Positions 1 through 13,264 of a stretch of 64,000 bases of DNA are shown here, one piece after another. The first letter of the stretch is position 1. Each line of letters begins with the position of its first letter. Below the pieces are notes generated by a model. That model was not told where the DNA came from and made no database searches. It was given only the letters and a program-made list of their open reading frames with translations. Source of the stretch: Octopus sinensis (Eukaryota). A program made the translations under genes and the position numbers. The stretch is taken from positions 16,802,001-16,866,000 of the forward strand of contig NC_043014.1 of NCBI RefSeq assembly GCF_006345805.1. Reading direction: 5' to 3'.

Positions 1-254
1 CAATTTTCTTTTGTGAGTGCATATATTACAATGTGTAACATGATTTTTGTCCTTGGGTAGCAACTGTTATTTCCTATTTGCTTACTCCTAGAAAGTATGA
101 AAAATGGCTAATACTAGCACTATGACCTGGCAATGCCGGGTCATAGTGCTAGTGCATGCATATACAGCTGCATACGTGCATGCATATACAGCTGCATACG
201 TGCACACATATATGCGAGTACTGTCCAAATCTCTGACCAATCACATACAGCTAG

Positions 255-436
255 CTAGCATTCAATTGGCATATCAAGTTTCAGGCATTTTGATTGGGTT
301 TTGGATAGAAAATTCACAAAAAAGTCTCTTCTATTGATTTTTTTTAATGGCTTTAATGGTGACTGGGGAAATGTAAAGATGTGCACGACCACCCTTGGAC
401 GGTTATGAATGACCATAGAAAGTGCGAGCCCTCTAA
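255..436 (-). CDS. Terminal coding exon of an unidentified gene (..FRGLALSMVIHNRPRVVVHIFTFP..DMPIEC*)
   Basis: ttttcag acceptor (AG ending at 437); phase 1 matches the donor at 534 across a 98-nt intron; open to TAG at 255-257; non-repetitive protein-like composition. Confidence 0.6.
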
Positions 437-534
437 CTGAAAAATTGTGGATTTGTATAAAGGACATGCACACACACACACACACAGACATTTTGTCGTT
501 TATATATAAAGAGATTTCTTCAAACTTTTCTTAC

Positions 535-741
535 ATTTATTCAACCCCAAAGAATCCCTCTCAGCACATGACTCTAATGCTCCTCCATTACTCTTGCTCT
601 TGCTCTTGATCAGAGATTGGTATTCACTAAGAGACATGTTCAGGTGGTTAAGGTCAAGCAACTGACAAGCAAACCTGTGGTTTTGAGCAGAATATTTGCT
701 ATAATGATATTTCTGCTTCAGCAACTCAGTGCTGAATCTGT
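535..741 (-). CDS. Internal coding exon of the same unidentified gene (DRFSTELLKQKYHYSKYSAQNHRFACQLLDL..SLGLNK)
   Basis: catttcag acceptor and gtaaga donor; 207 nt, phase 1-1, fully open, splices in frame to 255-436. Confidence 0.6.
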
Positions 742-849
742 CTGAAATGTAATGGAAAACATTGATGTCCAGGTTACAAAAGCTAAGATTGAAGGGAGTA
801 GTAATCATTTCCTTTGATTTCTAGATAGACGCAAATTGGAAATAATACT

Positions 850-1082
850 TACTCTTTTACTTGTTTCAGTCATTTGACTGTGGCCATGCTGGAGCACCAC
901 CTTTAGTCGAGCAAATTGACCCCAGGGCTTCTTTCAGTTTCTGTCTACCAAATCCACTCACAAGGCTTTGGTCGGCTCGAGGCTATAGTAGAAGACACTT
1001 GCCCAAGGTGCCACGCAGTGGGACTGAACCCGGAACCATGTGGTTAGTAAGCAAGCTACTTACCACACAGCCACTCATGCTC
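850..1082 (-). mobile_element. tRNA-derived CORE-type SINE (family A), internally deleted copy
   Basis: Head gagtggctgtgtggtaag..ggttcagtccc (A/B boxes), ccttgggcaagtgt CORE-like motif, 3' gactgaaacaagtaaaagagta; same family recurs more than 10 times in the window. Confidence 0.8.
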
Positions 1083-1989
1083 CTAGACTTACTGACTAAA
1101 AACAAAAAAAAATTGAAATTTTGTTTCACAGCGTTATCTTTCTTGTACCAAGCCACAGTTGATTTAAGCTTTTGTAAGTGTAAAATCTAAAAGGATTAAG
1201 CATTAAAAAAAAATTGCTTGTTTTAATATTTGTGTCACTAATCTCTCTATGATGATATAGCAAATAAATTGAGAGGTTATTCACTTTATTTAGTAGACAA
1301 AATATAGGTCTACTGAATGCTTGAGTAGCTTTCTTGAAAGGCTTCATTCACAGTGATGGATTTTGCTAAGCATAGGCATTAATAAGTTTGCAAAAATTAT
1401 ACATTCTCTTCAATGGTCTCAATGCTAGTGATTTAAATTAAACATCAATTTATATAAAAGTTGCTTTTGAAATATTCATATTATCTGTCTGTATATATGT
1501 GTGTGTAATATATTATATTATGTGTTAACATGGGCCTCCTAACAACAAAGTAAACTTCATTTAATCAAAATATCTTTGGCCTGAAGAGTAACTTGTGGTA
1601 TACACCTTGCTTGGATTTTTGCCACTTCCAAGGTTCTACTTGCTACGAAACATATGTAGCCTGGATTTTATCTACTCCATTCCTTAACTCTTGTATTTTT
1701 ATTTACACAATTTGGCAACCCTGGCTGACAACCATGAAATATAAAATAATTTTCAGCTTAGCATACTTCAATATGGGAAAAATTCACAACCTTCCACCCC
1801 AATAAACCACTAATGTTCCTGAAAGTTGTTTTTTCTTATGTAAAAAAATTATATATATATATGTGTTATATTAATTATCTTTTTTAATAAGTTTGATATA
1901 TATTAAAATAATATAAATTAATTAATCTTATGTATTGGCTTAAGTTTTTCATTGTATGATTTGCCTAATAGCGGTTTTATCTCTAATTT

Positions 1990-2301
<312 letters not shown>

Positions 2302-3300
2302 CAAGGTGTTGGGCTTCATGGAGGCAATGACAATGAACTGAGATGTCTGGTGATACGAGGTTCTTGAGAAGCTCCCTCTTACTTCAGAGAGACTGTGTTC
2401 TGGAAGTGCTGTATGTTCCACCCACATTTAACAATAAAACTTTTCACATAACTTATCCCTCTAAATCAAACTTCATCTTCTCTTCCTCATTTTCTTGCAC
2501 TATGCTCATCTCTTGCTCCCAAATCCTGTCCTCACTGCCCTGCCCACAGTATCATAGCTATCCTGTTGTGTCCCCATCCTCTATATACCCAGGTTTCACC
2601 AGTCACTGCATTTACCCCTGTTGTGTGCATTCATATGAATTCACTATTCATGCATGCACCCTTAGTAATACTCTACCATCTCATTTATATTCTGATCCCT
2701 GTACCTTGAGGGTGTGCCCTGGCACATCACCACCATCTCTCTCTTGCCAACTTCCTTTCATTCTTGATCATTCCTTTGGTTTCTCTCTCTGACTGGATAA
2801 CTATGTATCTCCCGTACAGCAAGACACCTATTTCTGGCCCTCTGTCACATTGTAACCTCTCATCACCTGGCACAAGACCACCTCCACCAATACCCCACCT
2901 CTCAACGGATCTTTGTCTTGTGAGTTACTTGGTGACCCAGCCAGTGCTGATGTCATGTAAAAAGCATCCAGTCCACACAATAAAGTGGTTGGCATTTGGA
3001 AGGGTATTTACTTGTAAAACCCATGCCAAAACAGACCTTGCCAGTAGTGGTGCCATGCAAAAAGCACTCAATCCACTCTGTAAGGTGGTTGGCATTAGGA
3101 AGGGCATCCAGCTGTAAAAACCATGACAAAACAGAGAGTGAAACCTGGTGCAGTCTTCTGGTTAGCCAACTCCTGTCAAACTGTCCAACTCTTGCCAGCA
3201 TGGAAAATGAACATTAAATGATGATGATAAAGTGTGTGTGTGTGTACGTGTACATACAGTGTGTTTGCTATTAGCAAATATATTATATTTATATTTTCAG

Positions 3301-3583
3301 GGTACGAATATTTTGGTATTTCCTGAAAACGGCCTTATTGCACATTTGAGAAATTATTCTCGTACTGATATTGAGAACTTTCTTGACATTATACCACAGC
3401 CTAATAAAGTGAAACCATGGATTCCATGTGATGAACCTGATCTCTATCCAAATTCAGGAAACTATTAGCTGCATTGCCAAAGAGAACAACATTTATCTTG
3501 TAGTCAATGTCGGAGACATGCAACCCTGCAATCACACAGAAGATTTAAACTGCCCTTCTGATGGACATTACCAATACAACACT
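3301..3583 (+). pseudogene. Vanin/biotinidase (pantetheinase, nitrilase family) exon, frameshifted and 3'-truncated
   Basis: Acceptor ttttcag at 3300; GTNILVFPENG (catalytic Glu motif FPE), WIPCDEP, then after a frameshift near 3457 [32 protein letters not shown], matching the vanin segment [33 protein letters not shown]. Confidence 0.85.
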
Positions 3584-3768
3584 ATCAGGCTCAAATATTT
3601 TGTGCTCAAACTGACCAGATCAGGCCTGTCACAACTACCCTGCAATGTCATTCTAAAATTAAACAATGCATCATCGAAATTTCAAAGCTACAAGATAATG
3701 ATTAATTCAGAGCAATGTGAATAAATAAGCATTATATTTGACAGAATAATCTGAATGCTAAAGGGTTA
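3584..3768. mobile_element. piggyBac-type MITE (one end retained)
   Basis: Ends aatgctaaaggg|ttaa; related copies at about 16288-16502, 18215-18436, 23210-23447, 26680-26837 show TTAA-CCCTTT..AAAGGG-TTAA-like termini. Confidence 0.7.
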
Positions 3769-4929
3769 AGATATTTTTCCTTCTTCTCTTTCTCACAATA
3801 TATTTCTTTTTAATTCTTTGTCACAACTGCACCTCTGTGGAACGTCCTTGGTATCTGCTTTATCCTTATGTCCTAACCTTCAAGAATGCAAGTAGTAATC
3901 ATATTAATATCAGATAGTTATCTCCACTTCCTCATATTTTGTGAAGTATTGAAAATGTTATGGAAACTACCTCCAAATTCTCAGATTAAGCCATATTACA
4001 ATAATTTGTTAAAAATAAGAAATGTCATTAGTTTTGTTCATTAATCAATAAAATCTAAAATCTCTTAATCATGCTTCTGGTTGATTTTCTCGATATTCAA
4101 TGTTAAAACAATTTTCACATAATTTTTGAATAATTCATTTATGGTAATAATTTTGTGCAGTTAACACATGTATATATTTTAATTCAGTTATTATTTGTTA
4201 GGTTTGTAAATATCAGGCTAGTTCCAGTTTCATAACATTAAGTAGACGAAACTTGAATTTCCTCCTGGAGAGGACAATATTAAAGATTCTTATGTGATCT
4301 ACCACCTATTTCCATCATACATTAAAATTTTCATCTCAAGAACAATATACTAGCCAATTTGAACTCTTAATCTATGAGAATGTAGTCTAACACCTTATCT
4401 ACTCAACATTTATTAGCTATTTCAAATATGAGTGAAAATTGTAAAGGGCATTAACAGCTCCAAGAAATAAAAAATAGATTGGAATTCATAAATGTATTTA
4501 TTTACATTAGCATAAGGCCATACATTTGTTTGGGGAGTTCTTGCAAATAATTTCATTTTAGTCCATTGCTAAGAATTTAATTTGTAACACCTTGTGTAAT
4601 ACTCAACATTTATGCCACTGGTGGTAGCTTGTTACTTTGTACCAAAACATGATTGTGCAGTAGTTATAATTTAGTTAATTAATTAAGCAGTTAGCTATTT
4701 TATCTATCTGTAATGAATTAACTTTTATTTATCAATGCTTATATAGCACCCACTTTCAGTGGCAGGAGCAAGTATAACACGAATGATGGCAGATTAAAGG
4801 ACAATTTTTATATGTCTATTGGCCAATGCTCATTAGAACCTTTTTTTCAGATGCTGAATCCCACCCTCTCCATGTTCTCTCCTGCCTCCCCTTTCATTTC
4901 CTCAGAGTTGACATTATCAATGTAGGCAC

Positions 4930-6400
4930 ATTGAAAGGTAGGTCAGGCAGCACTGGCAATGACCACACTCGAATGGTGCTTTTTACGTGCTGCCAGCACA
5001 GAAGACAGTCAGGCGGTACTGGCATCGACCATGCCAGAACTGTATGTCAGCATTAAAAAAAAAATCCACAAATGGCAGACCATATCTTTGTGGCCGGTGA
5101 TTTCAGTGAACATGTTGGCCAGCACCTGGATGTCTTCAACATTATACATAGGGGCTATGGAATTTTTCCTGAAACAAGGGAGGAACAGGGCTACAGGAGT
5201 TCTGTGATGTGAATAACCTCATGATCTGCAACACCAACTTCAAGAAACCAGCCAGTAATCTGATAACCTACAAATCCAGTGACCAACACTAGTCAGATTG
5301 ACTGCTTTCTCACCAGAAAGTGAGATACATGGTTGGTTATAAATGCAAAGACCTTCCCTGGTGAAGAATGTACCCCTCCACATTGGTTAGTCATGACTTC
5401 AGGTTAGGAGGATTCCAAGAAGCAGACCAGTCTGGAAACAAAGGATTTGGAAGTTTTAGAATCCTTTGAATAGTCAGTGATTTAGAGACGCCCTAATTGA
5501 GACATTTAATGAGGAAGAGCTATAGGCATGGAACAGAAGACAAGTTCCTATGGGTCAACTTACTAAATGCCACAGACCAAATATGTGGATAGTGCAAAGT
5601 CCCAATCAGATCTAGTGTGGCGTGGTAGAGGAGTGTGTAGTAGACAGGGCCATTAGAGCAAAGAAATATTCTTGGAAGAATGGTAGTAGCAGAAAGGAAG
5701 AAGTTTACCAACATTCTGTGGCATGAGGTGTTTCGAATTGTAAGACAGCGTCAGAGAGAATTGTGATGTAGGCAATGCGGAAGCTAGGGGGTTGATGAGA
5801 GTTGTACAAGCCATGCCCTCCAGGTAATAACGGAGGAATTTAATACTGGCTACTTATTTTGAGTTCCTCTACACTGACGACCTTGTTCTTATAGCTGAAT
5901 CAGTATAAGAACTAGAAGAAATTTCAGGTAAGGAAGCAAAGTCTGGAGTTAAATGGCCTTAGAGTTAATTTAGCAAAGACCAAAGTCCTAGTAAGAGGAA
6001 AACAGACAACTCACTGATCCCTTCAGGGAGATAGTCCTGCTCAATATGTAGGTGAAAATTCCATATGGTGTACCCAGTGCAAGCTATAGACTCAAAAGGT
6101 GCAGTGGTGTAGTCATTACTTGCACCCTGAATTCCTTGCTATACTTGTTGCTAACCTTCACCTTACTGACAACATCCCTGTACATGGCTTGTACAGCCCT
6201 CACCAACCACTCATCTATCCCTAGCTTTCGCATTAACCACCAAATAAGGAACATACAGGGGAATTCTTAGAAGTGGTAAACAATTTCCCTTACTTAGGTG
6301 ACCAAGTCAGCAGTGGAGGAGTCAGCTAAGAAAGCATAGCTGTTAGAATAAGAACAGGCTGGGCTAAGTTCAGGGAGTTGCTACTTTTGTTGGTGATGAA
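4930..6400 (+). mobile_element. Degenerate RTE-clade LINE ORF2 (endonuclease end and RT)
   Basis: Interrupted frames encode NLMICNTNFKKP, SQID, EFLYTDDLVLIAES (YADD region), GLRVNLAKTKVL, YLGDQVSSGG; many stops and indels. Confidence 0.8.
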
Positions 6401-7484
6401 CACTGAATGATGATTTTATATATATCACCATTGGTGACCAATAGTTCCATTGGTTACTGCTTTCCAACAGGAATTTCTGACAGTACAAGACAAGGAAGTG
6501 TATTTCAGTACAGAATAAAAACTAAGTATCTTATAGATCACCAATTTTTGTTGTTTTCTCATTGATGTTTATACCTTTCATTTGTTTACATTTATATACA
6601 CACACACGGAGTTGTTCAACCTAATGTAACATAGAAGACATTTGACTAAATTGTTCAGCAAACTTGGTATCAAATTGCAAAATGAACTTATATAATACAA
6701 TGCTAAAGTTTACTACCTTATCTGAACTGACAAGGGATTCCAAAACGTCCACTTTTCCATACTTGCATGCATTGGAGTTTATTGAGGCAGATTTGCTATG
6801 ACCAGATGTCCTGTCACCAACAGTTTCCAAGCAAGGTAATATTTCTCCATGGCCAGACATATCCTTGCAGAATATTGGAAATGAGATTTATGATTACAAA
6901 TGTCAAGACAAACAAGCACACATGACAGGTTTCTTTGTTTCTGTCTATCAAATCCTCTTACAAAAGTTAGGTCAGTCCAGGACAACAGAAGACACTTGTC
7001 AAGAGCATCATGCAGTGGGACTGAACCAGAAATGATGTGTCACTGGTATATATTTTTTACTTCTGGCCTTCACCGACACATCTGCTTTCTATGTTCTGTT
7101 TGTTCCCCTACCATAAGTATGTATTGTGTTAACCCTAATTATGAATAGCCACAAATTTTTTTTTAATGTTCCCCCTTATCAATGCCATTAAAAATATGAT
7201 TCGCAAAATGAAACCATTCTATTTGAAGTAGATACTTAGAACACTTGAAGGGGGCGGGGGGAAACAACAAACAGATGAAATTTTAAATTTATAATTTATT
7301 TGAGAAATTCAGACTTCATGTAAAATATTGTAACTTGAGAGAAATTAAAATAACATGAATTTGAAAACAGTTAATATCTAGAAGTAAAATAAGACCCAAT
7401 CCTTAAGGCTTTCAATAACCTGCATGCAATGTAAGATGAAGTACTCCCAAGTTAGGAATTATTAAGAAAAAAGCTGATCATTAT

Positions 7485-7537
<53 letters not shown>

Positions 7538-8573
7538 TTTTCTACTCTAGGCACAAAGCCCAAAATTTTGGGAGGGGGTAAGTCGATTAGATCGACCCCA
7601 GTACACAACTGGTACTTAATTTTTCGACCTCAAAAGGATGAAAGGCAAAGTCGACATTGGCAGAATTTGAACTCAGAACGTAAAGACAGACGAAATACCA
7701 TTAAGCATTTCCCCCGCCATGCTAACGATTCTGCCAGCTCGCCTTATGGAAGACCAGCAGTCTTCCCATGTATACTGGCCTCCCCTCTCCACGCCGCCAG
7801 TGTTACCCAAGGGAAAGGCAAAGGCCGATACAGCTTGGCGCGCACACACACACACATAAAGTGTAAGATTTAACTGATTAGCATTAGCTATTTAAAATTG
7901 CCTTAAAACTTAATCTTATTAAGAATGTTACATAAAAAGCAAAGATTTTGTAAGAGAATGCTATAAATTTAATTATCTTCTTAGATGTTAATCTGTTATT
8001 ACCTCCCCTTACACTGTGGTTTACTTTATGTACAGCAGTAAAATATTTATAGCTGGTCAGGTACAAAACATCCCCAGAAAGTTACAACAATGTACCAAGT
8101 CATAATTTTAGAATTTACTTAGACAAAAGAAAAAACCACCATTGGATTTAGAGTTAGTCATCTTTAATCAGAGACTGGTTGCCAAAGCAATTCAAAATCT
8201 GAGTCAGCCAGATGTAATAAATAATAAATAGCTCTGAGACCAGATATATTAACTGCTGCTTGCTACATACATGTAATGAGAGAGAGATGATGTGTCATGA
8301 AAGACACACCACCACTTCCAACACCAACCACAATGTTGAGTTAATAGTAATTTAAATATTAGGTCAAAGTTTATATGATCTACAAAGCTCCAAAAGACCA
8401 TCACATGAAATGTTTTCTTTTTAGTTTAATTACAAAAATATTTCATTTTGTATCACAGAATGCTTCAATGATGACATTTAAGATGATGTCCATTTGATAG
8501 TTGTCTGTATGTGACAAGATTGCATTTAACAGTCTGTAATGTAGTCTCACCTAAACAAAAATACAATAAATCT

Positions 8574-8825
8574 TCAGTTAGGCAAATTCTTTACTAGATG
8601 CATTGAGTAATGTTCATATTTCTTCCGAAGAGCCAAGATCTTCAGTCTGTGAGAAGGATCTAAAATAGGTTTCAACACTTGCTCAGTGTTTTCTATCCGA
8701 CGTCGAAACCTCTCTGAATCAATATGAATTTGTACCCATTCACCTTTACGGGCAGCTTGGTAGGCATAGCTCCATGCAAGCATAAGGTGCTTGGTTTCTA
8801 ACTTCTCATCAGCAGCAAAACGAAC
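8574..8825 (-). CDS. PPP1R15: PPP1R15 last coding exon (PP1-binding and eIF2alpha-binding region)
   Basis: ccacag acceptor; VRFAADEK..AWSYAYQAARKGEWVQIHIDSERFRRRIENTEQVLKPILDPSHR matches the GADD34/CReP C-terminal RxGxW..D..RF..RI motif; TGA at 8574-8576. Confidence 0.9.
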   Translation of the reverse strand, partial: VRFAADEKLETKHLMLAWSYAYQAARKGEWVQIHIDSERFRRRIENTEQVLKPILDPSHRLKILALRKKYEHYSMHLVKNLPN

Positions 8826-9499
8826 CTGTGGAGGAAAAACAGTACTAAGAAAATAAAAGATCAATTTCAGGGAAAGCAAACTAACACCATACTTTTTCAA
8901 TAATACTGCTCTAGTCAATGGCAGATATACAAAACATAAAAATGGTGCTTATTATATTTTAGCCTTCACATTTTATTCAAGTGATTTTAAGATTTGTCAC
9001 CCCATCATTATTCATACCTTTATTATCATCATTGAGTTTAATGTCTGCTTTCCATTCTGGCCTGGGTTGAACAGTTTGACAGAACTGGCAAGCCCGGAGG
9101 CCGAACTAGGGTCCAATCTGATTTGGCAAGGTTTCTAAAGCTGGATGCCCTTCCTAATGCCAACCACTCCAAGAGTGTAGTGGGTGCATTTTACATGCCA
9201 GTCAGGCAGCACTGTTATCACCCAGGACTACAATTTCACTCGGTTCAACAGATTTTCACAAGCATAACATACAAGCCCAACAGAAGATAGGTGGAGCAGA
9301 GATGGGATCTTTTCCTTTTGAACGGCACTTTGTAACATAATTTCTAGGTAACTAAAAAGTTTTAAACTTCGTATACTGGTAGAATGTGTTTATAAAACAT
9401 CATTTTCTCTTGGCTTTATTGAGAAAATTCTATAGGTTGTAAGATATTTCATCTTTAATTTCGAGCATTTCGGCAATGTTAACCAATCGCTGGAGTCCA

Positions 9500-9862
9500 T
9501 TTAGGTAAATAACATTCTGTGCATAATGAATATGTCACCGCCTTTAGTCGAGCAAATCGACCCCGGGACTTATTCTTTGTAAGCCCAGTACTTATTCTAT
9601 CGGTCTCTTTTTCCGAACCGCTAAGTGACGGGGACGTAAACACACCAGTATCGGTTGTCAAGCAATGCTAGGGGGACAAACACAGACACACACATACATA
9701 TATATACATATATACGACAGGCTTCTTTCAGTTTCCGTCTACCAAATCCACTCACAAGGCATTGGTCGGTCCGGGGCTATAGCAGAAGACACTTGCCCAA
9801 GATGCCACGCAGTGGGACTGAACCCGGAACCATGTGGTTGGTTAGCAAGCTACTTACCACAC
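9500..9862 (-). mobile_element. Family A SINE in the PPP1R15 intron
   Basis: Near full-length match to the other family A copies. Confidence 0.85.
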
Positions 9863-10502
9863 AGCCATATTTACTTTTCGATAATTTCTTCGGGTTTTTT
9901 TTTTTTTTTTGCTGTCAACACGAAAAATTGGAATTCTAAAAAAAAAAACCCAAAATAACCGGTCTTTGAGCTCGGACTATGTACTTTGAAAAGAGTTAAT
10001 TCCATTGATTAGCTAACATTAATGTTAAATAGTATTAATACATTCCTAATGAGAGAGATAGGAGGGAACCCCAAAATCCCCAGCTCGACCCTCAATCTGA
10101 TAAAGACAAAAAATCGTAGTCAGTTGAAGAGGACATACAAAATGATGCATCCGTTTGAGGGCCACGGAATATACTCTTTGTGAACTGTTATTAGATAAGC
10201 TTAAATAGGTTGAACTAACGTTTAACATGCTTTTCTACCAAGAGTGAATGAACAACTGCAATTAAAACAATTTATGCGAAAAGCAGTTTGAAATTACACG
10301 GCAAATGTAACAAATGCTGATTGAAAGAACCAGCTGCTAATATAAACAGAAATAAAAATTAGATTATTTCCTATGATTTTTGGAAAGAGGGAATATTCAA
10401 ATATACAACATATGGCATTCAATAGTTTACATAAAACAAATGAGAAAAGAAATTACAATATATGTTCACGTGAAATTTTTAAGGAAGTAATACAAATTCA
10501 AC

Positions 10503-10769
10503 CTTAGAAGCTTTATGATGTATGTTCGTGTCCATATAGACTCGATTCCATCGGTCGTTGGCTTTTCCTACGGAATTGGGAATGGAGTCTGTATTTTCAG
10601 TTTTTGTATTTTGAGTATTTTCAAACAGTTTATTGAAAGAAAAGCAAGGGGTATCAGAGAACAAGATATCATCATCGTAATTTTCATCACTAACACAATC
10701 ATCGCTATCCTGCCCATCATGAACAGAGCTGTGCAGATCAGTAAAAGAGTCTAAATTAGTGGAATTCAT
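10503..10769 (-). CDS. PPP1R15: PPP1R15 upstream coding exon (acidic, Ser-rich; ends ..HHKASK)
   Basis: ATG at 10769; frame stays open to about 10871 where acceptor-like AGs lie, so the true start may be further upstream; phase-0 donor AAG|gttgaa joins K to VRF, completing the RVxF motif KVRF. Confidence 0.75.
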
Positions 10770-11854
10770 TGGACTTCTGTTGCTCGCACTGAATGACCAG
10801 TCGTGGACGCGCGGCTGCGCAAACCGGGTCCAGTCTACGCTATTAGTACCCTGAATAGTAAAGGCTGGCAAATAAAAAATTATAAGACGTGTACACTGAT
10901 ATATGTTCTAAAACGTGTTAGGGAATGTTTTTTTTTTTAATATTTCTAGTACAGACATATATACAACAAAGTATATAAATATATATACGTGTAGGTATAT
11001 ATACATAAATGTGTGTGCGTGTGTTTACACAGAGCAAGAGACTACATACAATACAAAAACATCCCTGAGATGGTTTTTCCGCCTCCGACCCAACTTTCCC
11101 GCTCTAACGTATCTCACATCCATGTGTTTGATGTCTGTGAAAGAAAAACGAATCAATATAAACATTGTGTGTGTGTGAACGAAGAGAGACTAAGAGGTGC
11201 AGAACGAAGAGCGATAGTTAGAACTAGAAAAATTTGAGGGAATATATTAGGGAGAGACAAAAAGGAATATAAAGGGTTACACTGTTGGAAAGTGTGTAGA
11301 GGGAATATGATTCTTTTTTTTTCTCTTCTATCAGGATTCTAACACAATTTTTAATCTTCAGATATTTTTTAAATATACTAAGCCACTGGTTTAATTGATT
11401 GATATCAATTTCTACCCTTATTATTTAATATATATATATATATACTACAAAATTAGAAAATGGAGAAACATACTTAAATCAATAAAACATCAACTATCAG
11501 ATGATACCCAAACATTACTTTATTACACCATTACATATCAGTAAAGGCATTATACAAAATATACAGTAAATGTAAATAGACAAAGAGATATAAGTATAAA
11601 ATTTCCAATATAATATGTAATTAAATATTTAAATAATACATCTATGTATTAGTCTTGTTGGGTACCTATCTAGCAGTATATTGGATATATGTTATCCCAT
11701 GGTGGGTTGAATTTTCAACCCCTATCTCATTTTATAACCTATATATATATATATATATATACAAAAAAAGGGTGAAATATAATTAATTTAATAAAATTAA
11801 TAAATTTCACCTAGTAGATTTATCGGTATGGAAAAGACCATATTTGGTAAGGAT

Positions 11855-12139
11855 TATATTAATTATCATAAAGGGTTAATTGCAACAAGTTGCTCAAAAC
11901 CACATACCGAAAATATTAGAAATAGCAGCCAAATTGATCACTATTTCTCCTAGGGATTTCGTTATTTTCTTTCTTTTTACCATATACAGGTTACAAATTC
12001 TGTTTGTTTGTGGAGACTTAAAAAAAATTTTTTTTTAATAGTAGGAGAAATAGTGATCAATTTGGCTGCTATTTCTAATATTTTCGGTGTGTGCTTTTGA
12101 GCAACTTGTTGCAATTAACCATTTATTATAATTAATATA
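11855..12139. repeat. Inverted repeat, 98-bp arms (11855-11952 / 12042-12139)
   Basis: ..gcagccaaattgatcactatttctccta / taggagaaatagtgatcaatttggctgc..; only a few mismatches. Confidence 0.9.
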
Positions 12140-12398
12140 TACATATATATACATATATACACACATATATATATATACACACACACGTCTACGTCTGCAT
12201 CAGTATATATTTATGTATCTATTTATCTATCCACCTGTCTGTCTATCTCTACTCATCTATCATTTAGCTATCTATCTATATTTATATTTATATATATGTG
12301 TGTGTGTGTGCGTGCGTGTATAAGTGTGTGTGTGTACGTTATGAACACGTCCATGATTATGAATGTATACATATGTGTGTATATATGTTATTTTGGCG

Positions 12399-13264
12399 CC
12401 GTCGATTTCCGTAAAAAACTTTTATTTTTTTACATAAGTAATGAGAGCGAAAGAGACTAAGAGGAAGCAATTTTATGACGAGGGAAGTTTGTCTTTGAAG
12501 TTACCGTCTAGGGGAAGCATTGATGTACATGTGTTTGATGGGGTGTGGGAGACAGTATGTTGTGTAAGTGAAGTGCTTCTGTTAGTGTGTGCGAAGAGAC
12601 AGAGAGAGTAATGTGTGAAAGAGAGAGATAACTGATTTTTTACTCGGTGTATGTGTATATGTATGTATGCATGTATGTGTGTGTGTGTGTATGTATCTAT
12701 GTATGTGTGTGTGTGTAAGTATGTGTGTGTGTATGTATGTATGGCCGATTCATCGTAATTTTTTACTCGGTGTATGTGTATATGTATGTCTGCATGTATG
12801 TGTGTGTGTATGTATCTGTGTATGTGTGTGTGTGTATGTATGTATGTGTGTATGTATGTATGGTCGATTCAGTGTAATTTTTTACTCGGTGTATGTGTAT
12901 ATGTCTGCATGTATGTGTGTGTGTGTGTATGTATCTATGTGTGTGTGTGTGTGTAAGTATGTGTGTGTGTATGTATGTATGTGGTGTGTGTATGTATCTA
13001 TGTATGTGTGTGTGTGTATGTATGTATGTTTGGCCGATTCATCGTAATTTTTTACTCGGTGTATGTGTATATGTATGTCTGTCTCTTCGCACACTAACAG
13101 AAGCACTTCACTTACACAACATACTGTCTGTCTCCCACACCCCATCAAACACACACAGGCCGACTTCAAAGTGAAACCTTCTCGTCGTAAAATCGCTTCC
13201 TCTTAGTCTCTTTCGCTCTCATTACTTATGTAAAAAAATAAAAGTTTTTTACGGAAATCGACGG
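12399..13264. repeat. Foldback structure: about 200-bp inverted arms enclosing a compound minisatellite
   Basis: Arms 12399-12603 and 13078-13264; internal anchors tactcggtgtatgtgtatat at 12641, 12764, 12883, 13053. Confidence 0.9.

Noticed and set aside
861-1190. Recurrent ORFs such as ..SRRHLPKVPRSGTEPGTMWLV.. and ..KDERQSRPRRNLNSER..
   Set aside because: Chance frames of SINE families A and B repeated throughout the window
6621-6860. 79-aa minus-strand ORF with a possible AAG|gtagta donor
   Set aside because: No recognisable homology and no phase-consistent partner exon
11184-11197. 13-nt match agagactaagagg shared with the foldback arm at 12452
   Set aside because: Too short to support paralogy
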